A DNA stretch of 64,000 nt from Eledone cirrhosa (lineage: Eukaryota). Under the pieces are notes generated by a model, which was not told the DNA's origin, did no database searches, and saw only the letters and a program-made list of their open reading frames with translations. This document shows, piece by piece, positions 11,040 through 24,531 of the stretch. A program made the translations under genes and the position numbers. The DNA lies in the NCBI GenBank assembly GCA_964016885.1, contig OZ024744.1:126914001-126978000 (forward strand), written 5' to 3'. Position 1 is the stretch's first letter. Every line of letters begins with the position of its first letter.

Positions 11040-12780
11040 AAATATCCAAAACTCTGAGTTGGCAGCATCAACATAAGCACAATGAAAGGAAGGGAAGGAG
11101 AAATTATAGACATGCTAGAGTGAAAGGATATTGACGTATGCTGTGTGCAAGAGACTAGATGGAGAGGAGAGTCCGCTAGAGTCCTTGTAGGCGAAAGTTA
11201 GTGCTATAAACTTTTCTGGGTGGGAAATGACAATGGGATGGGTGGTGTAGGTATACTATTAACTGAGAAATGCGTAGATAAAGTAATAACCACATATTGT
11301 TAATCAGGTAATACTAGAGGGTGTCATACCAAAGGATTGGTGCAACAGCATCATCGTCAACTGCTACAAGGGTAAAGTAGATGCACTAGATAGAATAAAC
11401 TATAGAGGTATAAAGCTGATGGACCAGGTTATGAAAGTAATGGAAAGAGTCATAGCACAGTTGATCAGGAACTGGGTAAAACTAGGTGAGATGCAGTTTG
11501 GGTTTGTGCCAGGAAAAAGCACCACTGATGCCCTCTTCCTTCTGAGGCAGTTACAGGAAAAGTACCTAGCTAAAAGCAAGCCGCTCCACCTGGCTTTTGT
11601 CGATCTGGAAAAAGTCTTCGACAGAGACCCCGTGCTATAATCTGGTGGGCTCTTAGAAAACTAGGAGTAGATTATTGGCTTGTGAAAGCTGTACATGCCA
11701 TGTATAGGGGAGCAGTCAGCAAAGAGTTAACAATGACTATAGCGGGGAATTTAGCATACAGTTCGGTGTCCACCAGGGCTCTGTTCTTAGCCCTTATTAT
11801 AGTATTGCAGGCTATAACAGAAGAGTTTAAGACCGGATGCCCATAGGAACTCCTATATGCGGATGATCTTACACTTATAGCTGAATCTATGGCAGAACTA
11901 AAGAAACAAGCACCACCAAACTCTGGGAGAGCTCTGTAGAAACAATAGACAGCTTTTGCTACCTAGATGACCGAACAAGCAGGAGGTTGGTGTTCTGAAA
12001 GTACAGTAACCAGGGTAACGACGGGATTGAAGAAGTTCAGGGAGCTACTGCCACTGCTAGCTACAAAAGGCTTTTCCCTCAAAATGAAAGACAGACAGTA
12101 TGATGCGTGCATACGAACAGCAATGTTACATGGTAGTGAGACCTGGGCGCTGTCTGTAGAAGACTTGCGTAGAAAGAAATGAAGCTTGCATGCTCCGATG
12201 GATGTGTAATAGTAATATACATGAACAGCAAAGCATTAACAAATTGAGAGAGAGACTGAGCATAAGAGGAATCAAATGCTGTGTGCAGGAGAGGAGGTTG
12301 TGTTGGTATAGACATGTGATGTGTATGAAGGATGAAAGCTACATAAACAGATGCAGAGCACTAGAAGTCGATGGAAGCCATGGAGTGGGGAGACCCAAGA
12401 AGACCTGGGATGAGGTGATGAAAGCTGACCTTACCCAATTGCACCACCCGAAGACGATGACACCGGACCGTGACCTCTGGCTTCACACAGTAATATAGAA
12501 GACCAGACTTCCCACGGGTACAATCGAAGCTGAAGCATATAAACAATATGCCCCCACCCCCTCCCACTGTAAAGTGGCCGTGGAGGTGTCACAACAAAAA
12601 AGCACCCATCACTCACTGTGAGGTTGGTGTTAGGAAGGGCATCCAGCTGTAGAAATAAAGCCAAAATCAGTTCCCATCTGAGTAAGACAAGGTCACCCTA
12701 CCGGGCACTGCCCACAACAGGATAACCTGTCTAACCCATACTACCGTGGAAGAAGGGACGTAAAACAGTGATGATGATAT
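11040..12780 (+). mobile_element. Deleted RTE LINE: APE endonuclease N-terminus, RT and 3' tail
   Basis: VGSINISTMKG..DVCCVQETRW..GGVGILL (APE); QFGFVPGKSTTDA, FVDLEK, LYADD (RT); (GAT)n tail; stops and deletions. Confidence 0.9.
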
Positions 12781-12959
12781 ACATATATTTACACTGTGTA
12801 CCGTATATATACACTATATACATTATATATATACACTATATATATGTCCAAGAGAAAAGCAATGGCCAATACAGCTTGGCACCAGTGACATCTCAACATA
12901 TAAACATAATATATATATTATATATACACTATATACAGTATATATTATACACTATATAT

Positions 12960-13147
12960 AATGTTGTCCACGAGAAAGGCTAGGGTTGATACAGCTTGGC
13001 ACCAATAACATCACAACTCATTTCTACAGCTGAGTAAACAATGTGAAATAAAGTGTCTTGCTCAAGGAAACAACACATCATACGGTGCGACAATCGAACT
13101 CACAACCATACGATTGTAAGCCCAATGCTTTAACCACTAAGCCATGA
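12960..13147 (-). mobile_element. tRNA-derived CORE-like SINE
   Basis: Minus: tggcttagtgg (A box), gagttcgattg (B box), ccttgagcaagacactt. Confidence 0.8.
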
Positions 13148-13731
13148 TACGTTCCAGAACCAACCGTGATATAGAGAGACCATAAAGACAACCGTTGTTT
13201 TCATAGTTTAAGCCTTAAAATACCTCTCATACATGCTTTAAGTACATATAAACTCATTAAAACACACTTTTGTATTTAAACACCAAAAACAGCCAGTAAC
13301 GATCGTATAGAAACTACCACCAACTATCATACCACTAGTTACCAATGAGGACTATTGCCAGCCACGGTAGCCACTTGGTAATACACTGCACACCTCCCGT
13401 CAATCTATGAAAGGTTTGTAGTAGATTAGAGCAAAACACAATCAGTAAAACAATAATGGAATGAAAAATATAAACATTTGTTTATAATTAAAGCCTTAAG
13501 ATGTCCCTTCCTTACGATATACACTTTAATAACATTGAAACTTATTTAATAAGTTTAAATTTTAAACAATTTTTATTCAGACGTACCGCGATAAGAAACT
13601 AGATATGTTTTAACGAATAATCCGCGATGTGGCGAGGATTACCGCGATAGGAAATTAGATACGTTCGAAAGAAATATCCGCGATGTAACGGGACCGCGAA
13701 AAGTGAACCGCGATATAGCGGGGGATTACTG
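13148..13731. mobile_element. Right part of a non-autonomous pogo/Tigger-like Tc1-mariner element
   Basis: Ends aaccgcgatatagcgggggattactg|TA (CAGT-type TIR plus TA); multiple subterminal ccgcga(t) repeats at 13586-13715; left TIR not seen. Confidence 0.6.
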
Positions 13732-14019
13732 TATATATACACACACAACATACATCTATCTATATACACTCATAACATATATTTCGACATCTTACATTAA
13801 AATGTTGACTGAGGGTGTGACAACTGTTTCTTGTTTGAGGTTGTTCCAGTGGTTGAAATATAGACGGAGGTAATTAAATAATAAAGACAGTCATAACAAT
13901 ATATTTTATATCACATGTAACAGTGGAATCTGGTTAATTACTGGATCGTTGTAAGGTTCACATCATTATATTATTTACACACATTAATATAGACATTAAG
14001 TAAATCTTTGTCAACTTAC

Positions 14020-14240
14020 CTCCTTCACATATAATCAATGTGTTGTGTTGTTAGTTGTTACTAAACAACCAAAGAAATAATCTCTTTGTTATCAAATTAG
14101 CAGTTTCAATGTTATCAGCTTTATTTCACGACATTAACGTTGGTGTATCTTCTTCATCTTTAGTCATAAATTGATATCTTGTCAGAATGAAGTAATGAGG
14201 CTGACTTTATGTCTTTAGCTACAGATTTGATAGGAAATAT
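14020..14240 (-). other. Putative non-coding first exon of ZNF1 (donor GAG|GTAAGT at 14020/14019)
   Basis: Consensus donor ~5.1 kb upstream of the acceptor at 8895, inside a duplicated non-TE block; 5' limit unknown. Confidence 0.45.
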
Positions 14241-14415
14241 ATATATATTAGGTTGATATGTGGTCTAAAATATATATATTGTCTATAAAAGACTTATAGC
14301 AGATGTTCTGGTGAAATAGTTTTACTACTACAGATTGTAATGGAACTCTTCGTAGACACAATTGTAAAGTAAGAATAGATATGACAGTGTAAGACTGATG
14401 TCGGGGAATTAAAAT

Positions 14416-14453
<38 letters not shown>

Positions 14454-15272
14454 TGTTACACAAGATATAATTAGATTCAGAAGACAGCAGGTACTCGATA
14501 TCGTTGGAAATGATTTAACTCCCTTACCGGTGTCATTAGTTAAAAGTCCCTGATATAATTTAATACATCCAGACAGTTCCAATTGTATTTAATCGATAGT
14601 AAATGAAAAGGTATCACTCAGTAAAATATCAATTATATATCGACGTAGTCTCTCTGACTGCTAGAAATAGCAGTGAAATTATCCATTACAGACTTTTCTT
14701 TCTTTAAAGTCTTACGTTTAGTAAATGTTTGTGTTGAGAACGTGTGTATTTGTGTATTGTATCACGGAAGTCACCATTGAAGATGTTAAAAGCAATGTTG
14801 TGAAAAATAGCATCGTACGACTTTATAATTGTTTATATATAATTTATTTACAGATTACAAAGGTTAGAAGAATGTCTCTTGAGAGGATAGTTAATGTTAT
14901 CAATAAAAAGGTTATAAAGATTTAAAGACGTACGGTCAACTGGCTGAGGCGTTAGCCAGACCTGTAGAGATATCTGTTACTAGATATTGTCTATGCTTGA
15001 GGAACGAAAGCAAGAGATGTTTACCTTCACGGTATCGAGCTGCAAGAGAGAGAGTTTCGAATCTCCGCGGGAACTTTTCTTTCTGGGCAGATGTCGAGAT
15101 ACATTTTCCTAAGCTGATAGCGATTGGCTGAACTGAGCCAAACAATGCACAGAGAATGTATCCATGAGCCCTCGGAATGTAGGTCACTACTATACCCCCT
15201 ATTTAGTCTGCAAGACGATATATATGATTGAATTAGCAGGAAAAAGCCTTAAAGAGAGGACATCAATGAATA

Positions 15273-15311
<39 letters not shown>

Positions 15312-15325
15312 ATATGATATATATA

Positions 15326-16150
15326 CAGGTGTGGACGATATTTGGTCGCAATTTTCAACTGCTAATTTTATGCAAATTCTTTTTGCTTCCGTTGTCACTC
15401 TTGTCCTCATAAAAACAGTGACTATATTTCCATTATTTATTTTCAGAATAATTGATTATGAATAATTTTGAACCTCCAAATTTGTGGAAGAGACACGGAG
15501 TTCTTCTTGGAATCATCGCCGGGAGGACAAATAAGACCAGAAGATCAACTCCCAGAACAACAGGTGGCTCGCTGTCTCATCCAAAGCCGTGCCCAGAGTC
15601 ATGCAGATAAAGTTTCCAGCGACAACATTGGTCTTAGGTGTCGTCATGCCACCTGACTGCTTCCCTGAGGGTCTCAAGCTGAACACCAATGGCTACATTC
15701 GCGTTCTGAGTGAGGTAGTAAAGCCCTGGATCAACCAGGTAGCTGCAGGTAGGCCGTACGTGTAGCAGCAAGACTCAGCGCCCTGCCATACCATCCGAAA
15801 GATCCAAGCTTGGCTGTCAGAGAACTTCGTCGACCTCACCTCCCCTGACATCTGGCCTCCCAGCTAGCCTGACTGCAATCCTCTCGACAAATCCAGCTGC
15901 AATACGAAAGACGATCTGAAGGCCAGGATCACAAGTGCCTTTAGGGCCTAAGTCAGGGGACAGTGACGAAGGCCTGTAGCCGGTTTCGAGGCCGTCATCA
16001 AAGCCAATGACAGGGTTATCGAGTGAGATTGAAAGAACAAGTCATGAAGACAAACTGACCCAAGTTTGATAAATAAATCTTAAAAAACAAAACTACTGTG
16101 TTATTCTTTCCTAGACAGTAATCTTGCGAATAATTATCGTCCGCACCCTG
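15326..16150 (+). mobile_element. Internally deleted Tc1/mariner element, DD37D (maT) type
   Basis: Imperfect TIRs cagg(g)tg(t/c)ggacgata flanked by TA; QQDSAPCH...WPPS*PDCNPLD with 37 residues between the two Asp. Confidence 0.85.
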
Positions 16151-16170
16151 TATACATACATATATAATAT

Positions 16171-16512
16171 GGAGGCACATGGCTTAGTGGTTAGAGCATT
16201 GGCCTTGCAATCGAAAGGTTGTGAGTTCAATTCTCAGACCGGGTGATGTGTTGTTTCCTTGAGCAAGACACTTTATTTCACATTGCTCCAGTTTACTCAG
16301 CTGTAGAAATGAGATGATAGGGACTGGGGTTCCTATCATTCCACTGCAAAGTGGTCGTGGAGGTGCCATGCAAAAAAGCACCCAGCACTCACTGTAAATG
16401 AGGTTGGTGTTAGGAAGGGCATCCAGCTGTAGAAATCAAGACAGAATCAGTTCCTGTCCCACCCTTGCAAGCAGGGAAAAAGCGGACGTAAAATGATGAT
16501 GATGATGATGAT
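16171..16512 (+). mobile_element. Full-length tRNA-derived CORE-like SINE with RTE-related 3' tail
   Basis: A box tggcttagtgg, B box gagttcaattc, ccttgagcaagacactt, tail ggttggtgttaggaagggcatccagc..ggacgtaaaa(tga)n shared with the RTE copies. Confidence 0.9.
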
Positions 16513-16514
16513 AA

Positions 16515-16735
16515 TATCATCATCATCAGTTTTACGTCCGTTCTTCTATGCTAGCATGGGTTAGACGGGTTGTCCTGTTGTGGGCAGTGTCCGGTTGGCT
16601 GACCTTGTCATGCTCATACGGGAACTGATTTTGGCTTGATTTCTACAGCTGGATGCCCTTCCTAACAGCAACCTTATTTACAGTGAGTGCTGGGTACTTT
16701 TCTTCCGTGGTACCTACATGTCCACTTTATAGTGT
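16515..16735 (-). mobile_element. RTE 3'-tail fragment, tail-to-tail with the preceding SINE
   Basis: Reverse complement of the tail at 12570-12780; paralogue at 29690-29910. Confidence 0.8.
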
Positions 16736-16780
16736 GGGTTGATATATATATAATATATTTAATATATATATATATCTGAT

Positions 16781-16840
<60 letters not shown>

Positions 16841-16879
16841 TATATATAACATATATATATATATAATATAATATATATA

Positions 16880-17056
16880 TCTATATATATAAAATAGAGA
16901 ATGCCTGAAACTCAAGAACCACCCAACCGATTGTTTTCAAACTTTACACATGTAATACTTATGGTCCTGTGAGTGTTTAGAGGAGAAAAATTTCAAATTT
17001 TCAATGCCCTAGGGACCCCATTAGGTGCTTTAGCGATCTCCGGGCCATTCTGCTAG
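16880..17056 (+). mobile_element. Short non-autonomous Helitron-like element
   Basis: 5' TC (tctatatatataaaatagagaatg), 3' ccgggccattctgCTAG between host A and T; inverted paralogue at ~28791-28955. Confidence 0.55.
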
Positions 17057-17869
17057 TAATATATATATAATATATATGGCTTAGTGGTTAGAGCACTGGG
17101 CTTGTAATTGAAAGGTTGTGAGTTAAATTCTCGGACCGGGTGATGTGTTATGTCCTTGAGCAAGACACTTTATTTCATGTTGCTCCTTCTACCTGGAGTT
17201 GTGACCAATAGATAGTATTAGCAATTGGAAAGACCAATGGAAACATTGTTTCTTCGGTCCAATTTGACGAAAGTCGATCGACTGGCGATATGTATATTAT
17301 ACATATATATATATATACATGTGTCACTTGCTGGATCTGCTAGAAGGTCCCAGATAATATGAGATGTTCTCCCGGCTGTATCATATACTGCAAATCTATG
17401 CAGATGTATACACATATATACACAGATACATAAAGACGCACAAGTAATTATACACACATAGAAGTGGTTAAAGCACCCAGCACTCACTGTAAATCAGGTT
17501 GGTGTTAGGAAGGGCATCCAGCTGTAGAAATCAAGCCAGAATCAGTTCAGTCCCACCTTTGCAAGCAGGGAAAAGCGGACGTAAAATGATGATGATGATG
17601 ATGATGATATGCACATACTTATATACAAACATATACATGGACACAAATTTCTACACACATACATTCACATATATATAGCATATGCCAATTCTGTACAATA
17701 CAGTTTTGTCAGCCCAATTCTTGGTTACAACTTCTACAAATAAAATGAAAGAAGAATAATTTCTTAGTGAAACAGTTTTATTCAAGATATTAACAACATT
17801 GGTGGCACTATTTTAGGTGAGTGACATGGTTTTTATCTTGTCTGATTGTGTTTGTGTTGCATCAAGTAA

Positions 17870-18270
17870 CCTTTACAAGAGAATTATTTACCACAGACAC
17901 CACAGTGATATGGTTCCTCTCCTGTATGTTAGTGTGTAGGGAAGTCACAACATTTAGAGAAGGATTTATCACAGTGATATGGTTCCTCTCCTGTATATGT
18001 TAGTGTGTAGGGAAGCCACAATATTTAGAGAATTATTTACCACAGACATCACAGGGATATGGTTCCTCTCCTGTATGTTAGTGTGTAGGGAAGCCACAAC
18101 ATTTAGAGAAGGATTTACCACAGACATCACAGTGATATAGTTCCTCTCCTATATGTTAGTGTCTACTGAAACCACAACATTTAGAGAAGGATTTATCACA
18201 GACATCACAGTGATGTGGTTCCTCTCCTGTATATGTTAGTGTTTAGTGAAACCAAAATTAGAAAATGATT
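17870..18270 (-). repeat. Degenerate ~78-80-bp zinc-finger-derived repeats downstream of ZNF2
   Basis: Same unit family as 4800-5460 but more diverged. Confidence 0.85.
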
Positions 18271-18640
18271 TACATGGGCTGAGGTGGTAAGGGCAGACCT
18301 CTGAAGCTCACGGTGTAGATGACAAAGGACCGTGACAAGTGGAGAGATGCTTTGCTGAATAGGACCCATCCCACCCTTGCAAGCAGGGAAAAGCGGACGT
18401 AAAATGATGATGATGATGAGATATGGTTTCCCTCATCTATGCATATATTTAGTTAAATTGCTGCATTAAAAGATATATTTTCCAAACATATCAAAGTGAT
18501 ATGGCTTCCCACCTGTATATGTTTGTGTGAAGTTAATGTAGCATTGAAAGAGAATGATTTACCACAGATATTACACTGATATATATTTGTATTCTCATTA
18601 ATTCACAATTTTGAGAGGATTTATCTCTGATGTCAATGCA

Positions 18641-20488
18641 TTAAGATTTCTCCTCTGCATGTATCAGTTTGTGAGTAGTTAGGCTACTTTCCCCAGAGAA
18701 TGATTTACCACAGATATCACAGCGATATGGCTTGTCTCCTGTATGTATACGTTTGTGGCTAGTTAAGGTACTACTTTGAGAGAATGATTTACCACAGATA
18801 TCACAGTGGTATGGCTTGTCTCCTGTATGGGTAAGTTTGTGGCTAGTTAAGGTACTACTTTGAGAGAATGATTTACCACAGATATCACAGTGATATGGCT
18901 TATCTCCTGTATGTATACGTTTGTGTCTAGTAAAGGAACTACACTCAGAGAATGATTTACCACAGATATCACAGTGGTATGGCGTGTCTCCTGTATGTAT
19001 ACGTTTGTGTCTAGTTAAGGCATTACTTAATGCGAATGATTTACCACAGATATCACAGTGATATGGCTTGTCTCCTGTATGGGTACGTTTGTGGCTAGTT
19101 AAGGTACTACTATCAGATAATGATTTACCACAGATATCACAGTGATATGGCTTGTCTCCTGTATGTATACGTTTGTGGCTAATTAAGGTACTACTTTGAG
19201 AGAATGATTTACCACAGATATCACAGTGATATGGCTTGTCTCCTGTATGTATACGTTTGTGTCTAGTTAAGCTACTACTATCAGAGAATGATTTACCACA
19301 GATATCACAGTGATATGGCTTGTCTCCTGTATGTATACGTTTGTGGTTAATTAAGGGACTATTTTGAGAGAATGATTTACCACAGATATCACAGTGGTAT
19401 GGCTTGTCTCCTGTATGTATACGTTTGTGTCTAGTTAAGCCGATACTTTCAGAGAAAGATTTACCACAGATATCACAGTGATATGGCTTGTCTCCTGTAT
19501 GTATACGCTTGTGGCTAGTTAAGGTACTACTTTGAGAGAATGATTTACCACAGATATCACAGTGGTATGGCTTGTCTCCTGTATGTATACGTTCGTGTCT
19601 AGTTAAGCCGATACTTTCAGAGAAAGATTTACCACAGATATCACAGTGATATGACATATCCCCTGTATGTATACGCATGTGTGTTGTCAAGGTACTACTT
19701 TTATTGAATGATTTACCACAGATATCACAGTGATATGTCCTCTGTCTTGTATGTATACGTTTATGTCTAGTTAAGTGACTACTTTGAGAGAATGATTTAC
19801 CACAGATGTGACAGTGGTATGGCTTGTCTCCTGTATGGGTATGTAAGTGTTTAGTTAATGCATCACTCTGAGGGAATGTTTTACCACAGATATCACAGTG
19901 ATATGGCTTCTCACCCGTATGTAAATGGTTGTAACTAGTTAGGCTACCTTTCCCAGAGAATGATTTAGCACAAATATCACAGTGATATGGCTTCTCTCCA
20001 GTATCTATACATTTGTGGCTAGTTAAGGTACTATTTATAGAGAATGATTTGCCACAGATCTCACCATTATACGGCTTCTCTCTAGTATTTATACGTTTGT
20101 GGGTAGTTAAGTTACTACTTACAGAGAATGATTTACCACAGATCTCACAGTGATATGGCTTCTCTCCACTATGTATACGATTGTGGCTAGTTAAGACACT
20201 ACACTGAGAGAATGATATCCCACAGAACTCACAATGATATGGCTTGTGTCATGTATGTATACATTTGTGACTAGCTAAGGCAATACTGTGAGAGAATGAT
20301 TTACTACAGATATCAGTGATATGGCTTGTCTCCTGTATGTATAACTTTGTGTGTAGTTAAGGTACTATGATTTACCAGATATTGCAGTGATATGGTTTCT
20401 CTTCTCCAACCTTTGTCATCTCACCAGGAATACTAAACATTTTCGATTGTGTTTCGCATTTAACCTTTTCACTCAATTTATTTTCCAT
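18641..20488 (-). pseudogene. ZNF2: C2H2 zinc-finger paralogue with disrupted 5' end (possible truncated 12-finger product from ATG 19678)
   Basis: ATG 20488 gives MENKLSEK...YHCNIW* (38 aa) because of a 2-bp deletion. Further indels follow, with TGA at 20249-20251. The frame is then open from 20248 to 18641 (~19 finger units). Confidence 0.8.
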
Positions 20489-21239
20489 AATAATTTTATC
20501 TCCAACAGAATATACTTGTAATATTTTTTACATTATATTCCTAAAAAATATATCTTCTATATTTCCCTCAACTGTGATTTCAGTTAATAGTCTTCAAATG
20601 ATGATAAATAGAGGTGATGTATCCGAGATTGAAAATAATAATTTATCCCAATGTCATCTGGTATTCTGAAATAAGAAAGAAACAGTATGAGATAATACAG
20701 AATACTTAAGAAGCAGAGATAGATTTAACAGTGGAAATTTTATATTTCTATATTGGTAAACTGTAGATATCAACTTTCCTGTCCAGAGTAATTCTCTCCA
20801 ATGCAAGCAGTAGTATTCCAGCATGCTCTATAAATGTTATCCTTCTATATCTAGAGAGGTCTGCTCTATGGCAGTTTAGTGAACAATTCATTCTGATAGG
20901 ACTCTCTAACATAGCTATTATCTCCTCTCCTGGTGACATGTCAACAACAGTTTAACTTCCATCTTTTTATTAGTAAGAGTCAATTGTTCCTCTACATCTT
21001 TTTCTTACTTCTTTTCTATCTTCCTCTGGGAGAAATCAGCTGTGTTTAGACCAGGAGTTACGAGTCTATATGAATCCATATAATATCAGATTTCACTTGA
21101 AGTTTTATTCAGATCTCAATTGTGTTCAAACGAGAGAGGTGATGGGCTCCATCAGGTTTAAAATATGTCCGAGAAATACTGTATGTCACTTAGTGTACCA
21201 CTACGACTCCACCAGTGTTGCATTTGTTTAGGACTATGT

Positions 21240-21920
21240 CTGGGTTAGCCAGCCAAGTATCAGTAGAAGGGAAAACAGGGCCCTGATCCCCTCAGAAAAA
21301 TGGCCTTGCTCTGTGTGCTAGAAAGGTGTAGGTAGAAATTCCATTCTCTGTCCAAAATACAAACAATGGGTACACAAGAGATGTAGTGGGATCTCAGGTA
21401 GGTTAGCTAAGAATATAGGTTTTACATGTGGCCATTGCACAGGAGCAGTAGGCAGCAAACATTCACAGGAAGCAACGATTGACTTTCGTCAAATTGGACC
21501 GAGGAAACAATGTTTCCATTGGTCTTTCCAATTGCTAATACTATCTGTCAGTCACAACTCCAGGTAGAAGGAGCAATGTGAAATAAAATGTCTTGCTCAA
21601 AGACATAACACATCACCCGGTCGGTGAATCAAACTCACAACCTCACGATTGCGAATCCAATTCTCTAACCACTCAGCCACACGCCTTCACAGGAAACAAG
21701 CCCTAACAAACTGTTGGAGGGTCACATAGAAGAGGTAGACAGCTTCTGTTACCTGGGTGATGATACAATCAGTGGAGGGGGGGGGGGGGTTCTGAAAGTA
21801 GAGCAGCCTGAGTGAACATGGAATGGAAAAGGTTCAGGATGCTACTACCATGGCAACTTACTAAAGGCTTTTTCTTCAAAACAAAGGGCAGGTTGAATAA
21901 TGCGTGTATATAAACAGTTT
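21240..21920 (+). mobile_element. Degenerate RTE fragment interrupted by a SINE piece (~21480-21690)
   Basis: KWPCSVC*KGVGRNSILCPK..WVHKRC then IEEVDSFCYLGD. Confidence 0.8.
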
Positions 21921-21954
21921 AACACACACACATATATCATCATTTTCATCATTT

Positions 21955-22279
21955 CATTTTACGTCCACTTTTCCCTGCTTGCAAGGGTGGGACGGGAACT
22001 GATTCTGGCTTGATTTCTACAGCTGGATGCCCTTCCTAACACCAACCTCATTTACAGTGAGTGCTGGGTGCTTTTTTGCTGTGGCACCTCCACGACCACT
22101 TTGCAGTGGAATTATAGGGACCTCAGTCCCTATCATCTCATTTCTACAGCTGAGTAAACTGGAGCAATGTGAAATAAAGTGTCTTGCTCAAGGAAACAAC
22201 ACATCAACCAGTCTGGGAATTGAACTCACAACCTTTCGATTGCAAGGCCAATGCTCTAACCACTAAGCCATGTGCCTCC
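21955..22279 (-). mobile_element. Full-length CORE-like SINE (same family as 16171-16512)
   Basis: Near-identical reverse complement. Confidence 0.9.
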
Positions 22280-22310
<31 letters not shown>

Positions 22311-22339
22311 ATTGTGTGTATATATATATATACACATTA

Positions 22340-22797
22340 AGACAATGTCACTGGACCGAGATCTTTGGCGCTACTCAGTAATACAGAAGATCCGCCTTGC
22401 CTAAGTACAAAGCGAAACCTACAGTCAGTAGGCACCTCTTAACCAAATATACATCCCACTACCCCTATTCCACCCCATCAACACCACCCTATCTCTGTAA
22501 AGTTATGTTGGTACCACAACATCCAGTCCTAAATAAATGAGGTCGTGTAGGTGTCACGACAAAAAAACACATAGTCCACGCTGTAATGTGGCCGTGTAGG
22601 TAACATGGTAAAAACCTCCCAGTCCACACTGTAAACGGGGTTGGTGTTAGGAAGGATATCCAGCCATAGAAAACCCGCCATCTAGTCCTATACAAGTGAG
22701 ATACGGTCACCCGACCAATCTTGCCTCAAGTGGGACAATTCCCATATAAACCCATGCCAGCGTGGAAGGTAGACGTTAAACGATGATGATGATGACA
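22340..22797 (+). mobile_element. RTE 3' end
   Basis: Matches 39990-40425 and 34425-34862. Confidence 0.85.
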
Positions 22798-22814
22798 ATC
22801 AATATATATAATCT

Positions 22815-23970
22815 AAATAGAATGGTATAATGAAAGCATATAATGTAGGTACAGCAGTATTCTCATAAATTGCTACAAAGGTAAAGGGGATGCTCTAGAG
22901 AGGAGCAATTATAGGGGCATAAAGCTGATGGATCAGGTTATGAAAGTGGCAGAGAGAATATTAGCGCAGCTGATTAGAGAAAGGGTCAATTTAGATGAGA
23001 TGCAGTTTGGTTTTGTGCCTCGGAAAAGTACAACAGAAACCCTCTTCATAGTGAGGCAACTACAAGGAGGTTCTTAGAGAAGAATAAGTCACTATACATA
23101 TCTTTTATTGACCTAGAGAGGGTCTTTGATAGGGTACCCTGATCTGTCATCTGGTGGTCCCTAAGGAAACTAGGTGTAGAGGAATGGCTTGTGAGGACAG
23201 TGCTAGCTATGTACAGGGGTGCTGTCAGTAAAGTGAGGGTAGGAATGGAGTTTAGTGAGGAATTCCAGATACAAGTAGGTGTACGTCAAGGTTCGGTCCT
23301 CAGCCTACTCTTGTTCGTTATAGGCCTAAAAGCCATAACAGAGGAGTTTAAGACTGGATGCCCATGGGAACTTCTCTATGCTGATGATCTGGTTCTTATA
23401 GCAGAATCAGCGAATCAGTAGAGGGGTTAGAGAATAAATTCTGGCTATGGAAACAGCAGTTGGAATCAGGAGGCCTGAGAGTGAACATAGCTTAAACAAA
23501 AGTGTTGATGAGTAGAAAAGAGGACAAAACTCTGATTCCATCGTGGAAATGGCCATGTTCGATATGTGGGAAAGGAACTGGCATAAATTCCATAAAATGT
23601 ACGCAATGCAGATGTTGGGTACACAAGAGATGTAGTGGGATAGCAGGCAAACCAACAGGTAGGGATAACTATGTATGCAGTAGATGTACAGGGAAAGTTG
23701 GCAGTAGTAATCGCAGTGATAAACACATTTTTCAAATACAGGTGGGTTCTATAGATGTGGTTGATAGCTTCCGGTACCTAGGTGATCAGATTAGCATGGG
23801 AGGGGTGTTCCGAGGCCATAGTATCTAGAATAAGGATGGGTTGGAAGAAGTCTAGGGAGCTGCTTTCTCTGTTGACAAAGAAGGGTTTGTCCCTGCATAC
23901 GAAAGGATGGTTATATGATGCCGATGTGCGATGCTGCATGGTAGTAAGACATGGGCAGCAACTGCAAAGG
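22815..23970 (+). mobile_element. RTE RT fragment, 3'-truncated at the edge of the inverted segment
   Basis: CYKGKGDAL, QFGF, LYADD, PHD-like Cys cluster, FRYLGD; closely related to the inverted copy at 29935-31330. Confidence 0.9.
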
Positions 23971-24531
23971 ATAAACACAGCCGATTTCTCCCAGAGGAAG
24001 ATAGAAAAGAAGTAAGAAAAAGATGTAGAGGAACAATTGACTCCTACTAATAAAAAGATGGAAGTTAAACTGGTGTTGTCATGTCACCAGGAGAGTAGAT
24101 AATAGCTATGTTAGAGAGTCCTATCAGAAGGAATTTTTCACTAAACTGCCATAGAGCAGACTTCTCTAGAGATAGAAGGATAACATTTATAGAGCATGCT
24201 GGAATACCACTGTTTGCATTGGAGAGAATTACTCTGGACAGGAAAGTTGATATCTACAGTCTACCAATATAGAAATATAAAATTTCCACTGTTAAATCTA
24301 TCTCTGCTTCTTAAGTATTCTCTATTATCTCATACTGTTTCTTTCTTATTTCAGAATACCAGATGACATTAGGATAAATTATTATTTTCAATCTCGGATA
24401 CATCACCTCTATTTATCATCATTTGAAGACTATTAACTGAAATCACAGTTGAGGGAAATATAGAAGATATATTTTTTAGGAATATAATCTAAAAAATATT
24501 ACAAGTATATTCTGTTGGAGATAAAATTATT

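Noticed and set aside
14936-15187. Conserved 83-aa ORF also at 35095-35346
   Set aside because: GTG start, no recognisable domain, many amino-acid changes; similarity is explained by the segmental duplication.
16171-16250. tRNA gene
   Set aside because: A and B boxes continue into a SINE body and tail; multiple dispersed copies.
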